Below, piece after piece: positions 61,514-64,000 of a DNA stretch of 64,000 nt. A program made the position numbers and the translations under genes. The notes beneath the pieces were generated by a model. That model made no database searches. It was not told where the DNA came from and saw only the letters and a list, made by a program, of their open reading frames with translations. Numbering within the stretch: the stretch's first letter is position 1; the number at the start of each line of letters is the position of its first letter. Source of the DNA: Stegostoma tigrinum (lineage: Eukaryota); assembly GCF_030684315.1 (NCBI RefSeq), contig NC_081376.1, positions 11,939,049-12,003,048 of the forward strand, written 5' to 3'.

Positions 61514-63901
61514 TAATAAGGAATATTGCAGTGTGATTCCGATCACACTGATACCAAGGGAAAGCAGGTGACTGTAGCTATTGGGCAAAGCAGAACCAGT
61601 CATCATTGGAAAATAACATGAAATAAACTTGTTGTGAACGATTATTCTCTACACCATTCTTTCTACAACACTTCTTCTGGAATTATATTGTGTAAAATTG
61701 TACCAATCACAAATATCATTTCATATTAAAGAATAGGATGTTCACTTTAAAAGTTTATTAAATACTTCTAATTGCGCACAATGACTTATGTGGCTAGTTC
61801 TATAAAGTATTTTTATAAATGAAGTGATAGTGACTTTGTGTAGATTTTAACTTCCTTGTTAGTTTTGAATCTATATAAACAAACACCTGTATCCTCAAGA
61901 ACAGCACAACCTCCTAATTTGCTTCCGTGACGACATTAATCAATCCTATGCTATAGTGAAAGCACTTGTCAGTGCTGAGAATAACAATACCAAATGGCAG
62001 TTACATTCCCGGAAGGAAAAGTTCCCAAGTCTAGCAGGTGATATTCCACCTTTAAGGCCAATTCCCAGACTCATAACCCCAGCCACTGTGTGTGAGTTAA
62101 CCCAGTACTGCACTTTTTTATGATCTCCATTTACTTTAAGGAATTCACGTTTGTTCCAAGCAGGTCTCGAATGTTCTGGGCAGTGAGTTTCTGAAAGATA
62201 AGTTGGTTGTAATGTTACAACAGAATATTCTCATGTCTGTTTTATAATGTCAGAAGGAGGAAGGCACCACTGAAAGAATAATGTACATTGAAAGACACAT
62301 ACAAATAATACAGAAACAAGGTGATTAATAGGAGAAGTAACGGTATAGTGGTATTATTGCTGGACGGTTAACCCAGGGACCTAGCTAAGTGTTGGGGACC
62401 TGGGTTCAATTCCCACCATGTAGATTTTGAATTTGAATTCAGTAAAAATCTGGAATTCAGAGTCTGGTGATGACAATGAGTCAATTGTCAGAAAAACCCA
62501 TCTAATGTCCTTGAGGGGAAGGAAATCTGCTGTCCTTACCAAGTCTGGCCTACATGTGATCCCCAACCCACAGCTATGTGACTGTTGCTGTAGGCAGTTA
62601 TGGATAGACAACAAGTGCTGGCCTAGACATCCTGTGAAAGAAGAAACCCACTTGCTCATGTTATTATTTGCAATCTATGTAAGTAAAAAAATCTTAATTG
62701 CATATGTACCATAACCTTCACCTACCCCCCATCCCATCTGATACTCAACGTAGCATAGTTGCTGTCGTAACCTTTTCATTCTTTCATACTAGCAATCATA
62801 CTGTTCTGATGAATTTAATTCCAATCCTGATGTGAGGCCCTCCAATCAACCTGAAGTATGTCGCTCTAACCAAGTGGTGCTGTGAATAATCTCTTTAATT
62901 TGAGGGAGCTGGGTTAGAAATGCTCTTCAAAGGTAGCAGAACTGGCCAGTTGTGAACCAGCTGTCTGTGCTTGACCCTGCACCATTTCACTTCCATTACA
63001 CACAAGGAAATGAACGACAACTGAAATGTTTATTATGGCATTATTTGCTTAATAACGGTCATACAGTCGAGTGCACCCCAGTCCCACTTTAAACCTGGTC
63101 GAAACGTGATAAACTTCATGGTTCCCTTTCCTTCACAGCTGAGATCATGACATTCAGATGTGGTCTCTAGTCTAGGCAAGGTCTCGTAAATATAGCAGGT
63201 GTGCAGCAAAGAGGTGACCTGTGGTGATTAACATGGGCTGGATTGTATGAATTCCTGTTTCTGGGCACTGTATCTAATATCGGGTTTCTGTGTGAGGTGT
63301 TAAAGAGCTGGATGTTGGTGCAGGCCTCCACTGATACTCAGTTCTATTTCCACTGGATTGAGGTGGCTGAATGTCTCAAAGCCCAAGTGGATGTTGCCAG
63401 CAGCTAAACTCTGTAAATCAGATAAAACCCTAAAAGAACTGCGGATGCTGTAAATCAGGAACAAAAACAAAGTTGCTGGAACATCTCAGCAGGACTGTCA
63501 GCATCTGTGAAGGAGAAAACAGTTAACATTTCGGGTCAAGTGACCCTTCCTCAGAATTCTGTAAATCAGATGCTCGTGCACCACCTTCTAGAGAACAGAG
63601 AGAACTATCAACGCACTATTTCTAAACAACAATTCTTCATAAAAATTGAGTGAAATGGAGGATTTGTATTTAATTGGTAAACTTTTAGATGTAGAAATTG
63701 CAATGAACTTCAAATTAATTGTACAATTCTTCAAATTATCATCAATGCAGATTGTAATATAGCTTAGCAATATGTGGCTTGAGTTCATTAAAATAGGCTT
63801 TGAGTTCACCAGCAAGATCCTGGAATGCAACTTTAGCGCCACCAAAAAGCATGCCTTTCTTCACCTGGGTACATGTGGAAATATTAAGTGGTTAGGGCGT
63901 C
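61514..63901 (-). pseudogene. Mesothelin-like pseudogene, copy C (3' exons only; continues beyond window)
   Basis: Exon relics: 63768-63901 (in-frame TAA at 63892-63894, donor GT->CT); ~63342-63585 (148-bp insertion, donor GT->CT); 62005-62190 (186 vs 187 nt, 1-bp deletion near 62140 giving TAA); 61514-61605 (acceptor AG->AA, stop lost). Confidence 0.9.
63424..63557 (-). mobile_element. 134-bp Penelope-derived insertion inside a copy C exon, 14-bp TSD
   Basis: TCTGTAAATCAGAT at 63410-63423 and 63558-63571; the site is single-copy in A and B. Confidence 0.9.
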
Positions 63902-64000
63902 CTGCAATAAAATGGTAATGCTGTCACAGCTTGGATAACATGAACACTTTAAGGAATTTAGAGGTCTGTGTTCAATAAGAAGCTCATCTTTTCACTTTCC

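Overview
Repeat-rich vertebrate genomic DNA, most likely a shark or other elasmobranch (HE1-type V-SINEs, SacSINE1-like SINEs, CR1 LINEs, Penelope elements). The main content is a head-to-tail minus-strand cluster of mesothelin-like (MSLN family) genes, reconstructed by hand from splice sites and exon phases. Copy A is intact (10 coding exons, 31073->7372, 378 aa). Copy B is intact (10 coding exons, 52839->45144, 375 aa). Copy C is the 3' half of a multiply disabled pseudogene (61514->63901, continuing past the window end). Both intact genes run signal peptide -> ~23-aa pro-piece -> furin site -> mature mesothelin -> GPI signal, so they lack the large N-terminal MPF domain of mammalian mesothelin. 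A and B are nearly identical in the membrane-proximal exons and adjoining introns but strongly divergent in the N-terminal region that binds MUC16 in human MSLN. The window also holds many short Penelope-derived fold-back insertions with 11-16 bp target-site duplications and minimal hammerhead-like motifs, four long inverted duplications, a young 5'-truncated CR1 and a decayed Gypsy element. All calls come from reading the sequence only; repeat boundaries are approximate and family names are from recall, not a database search.
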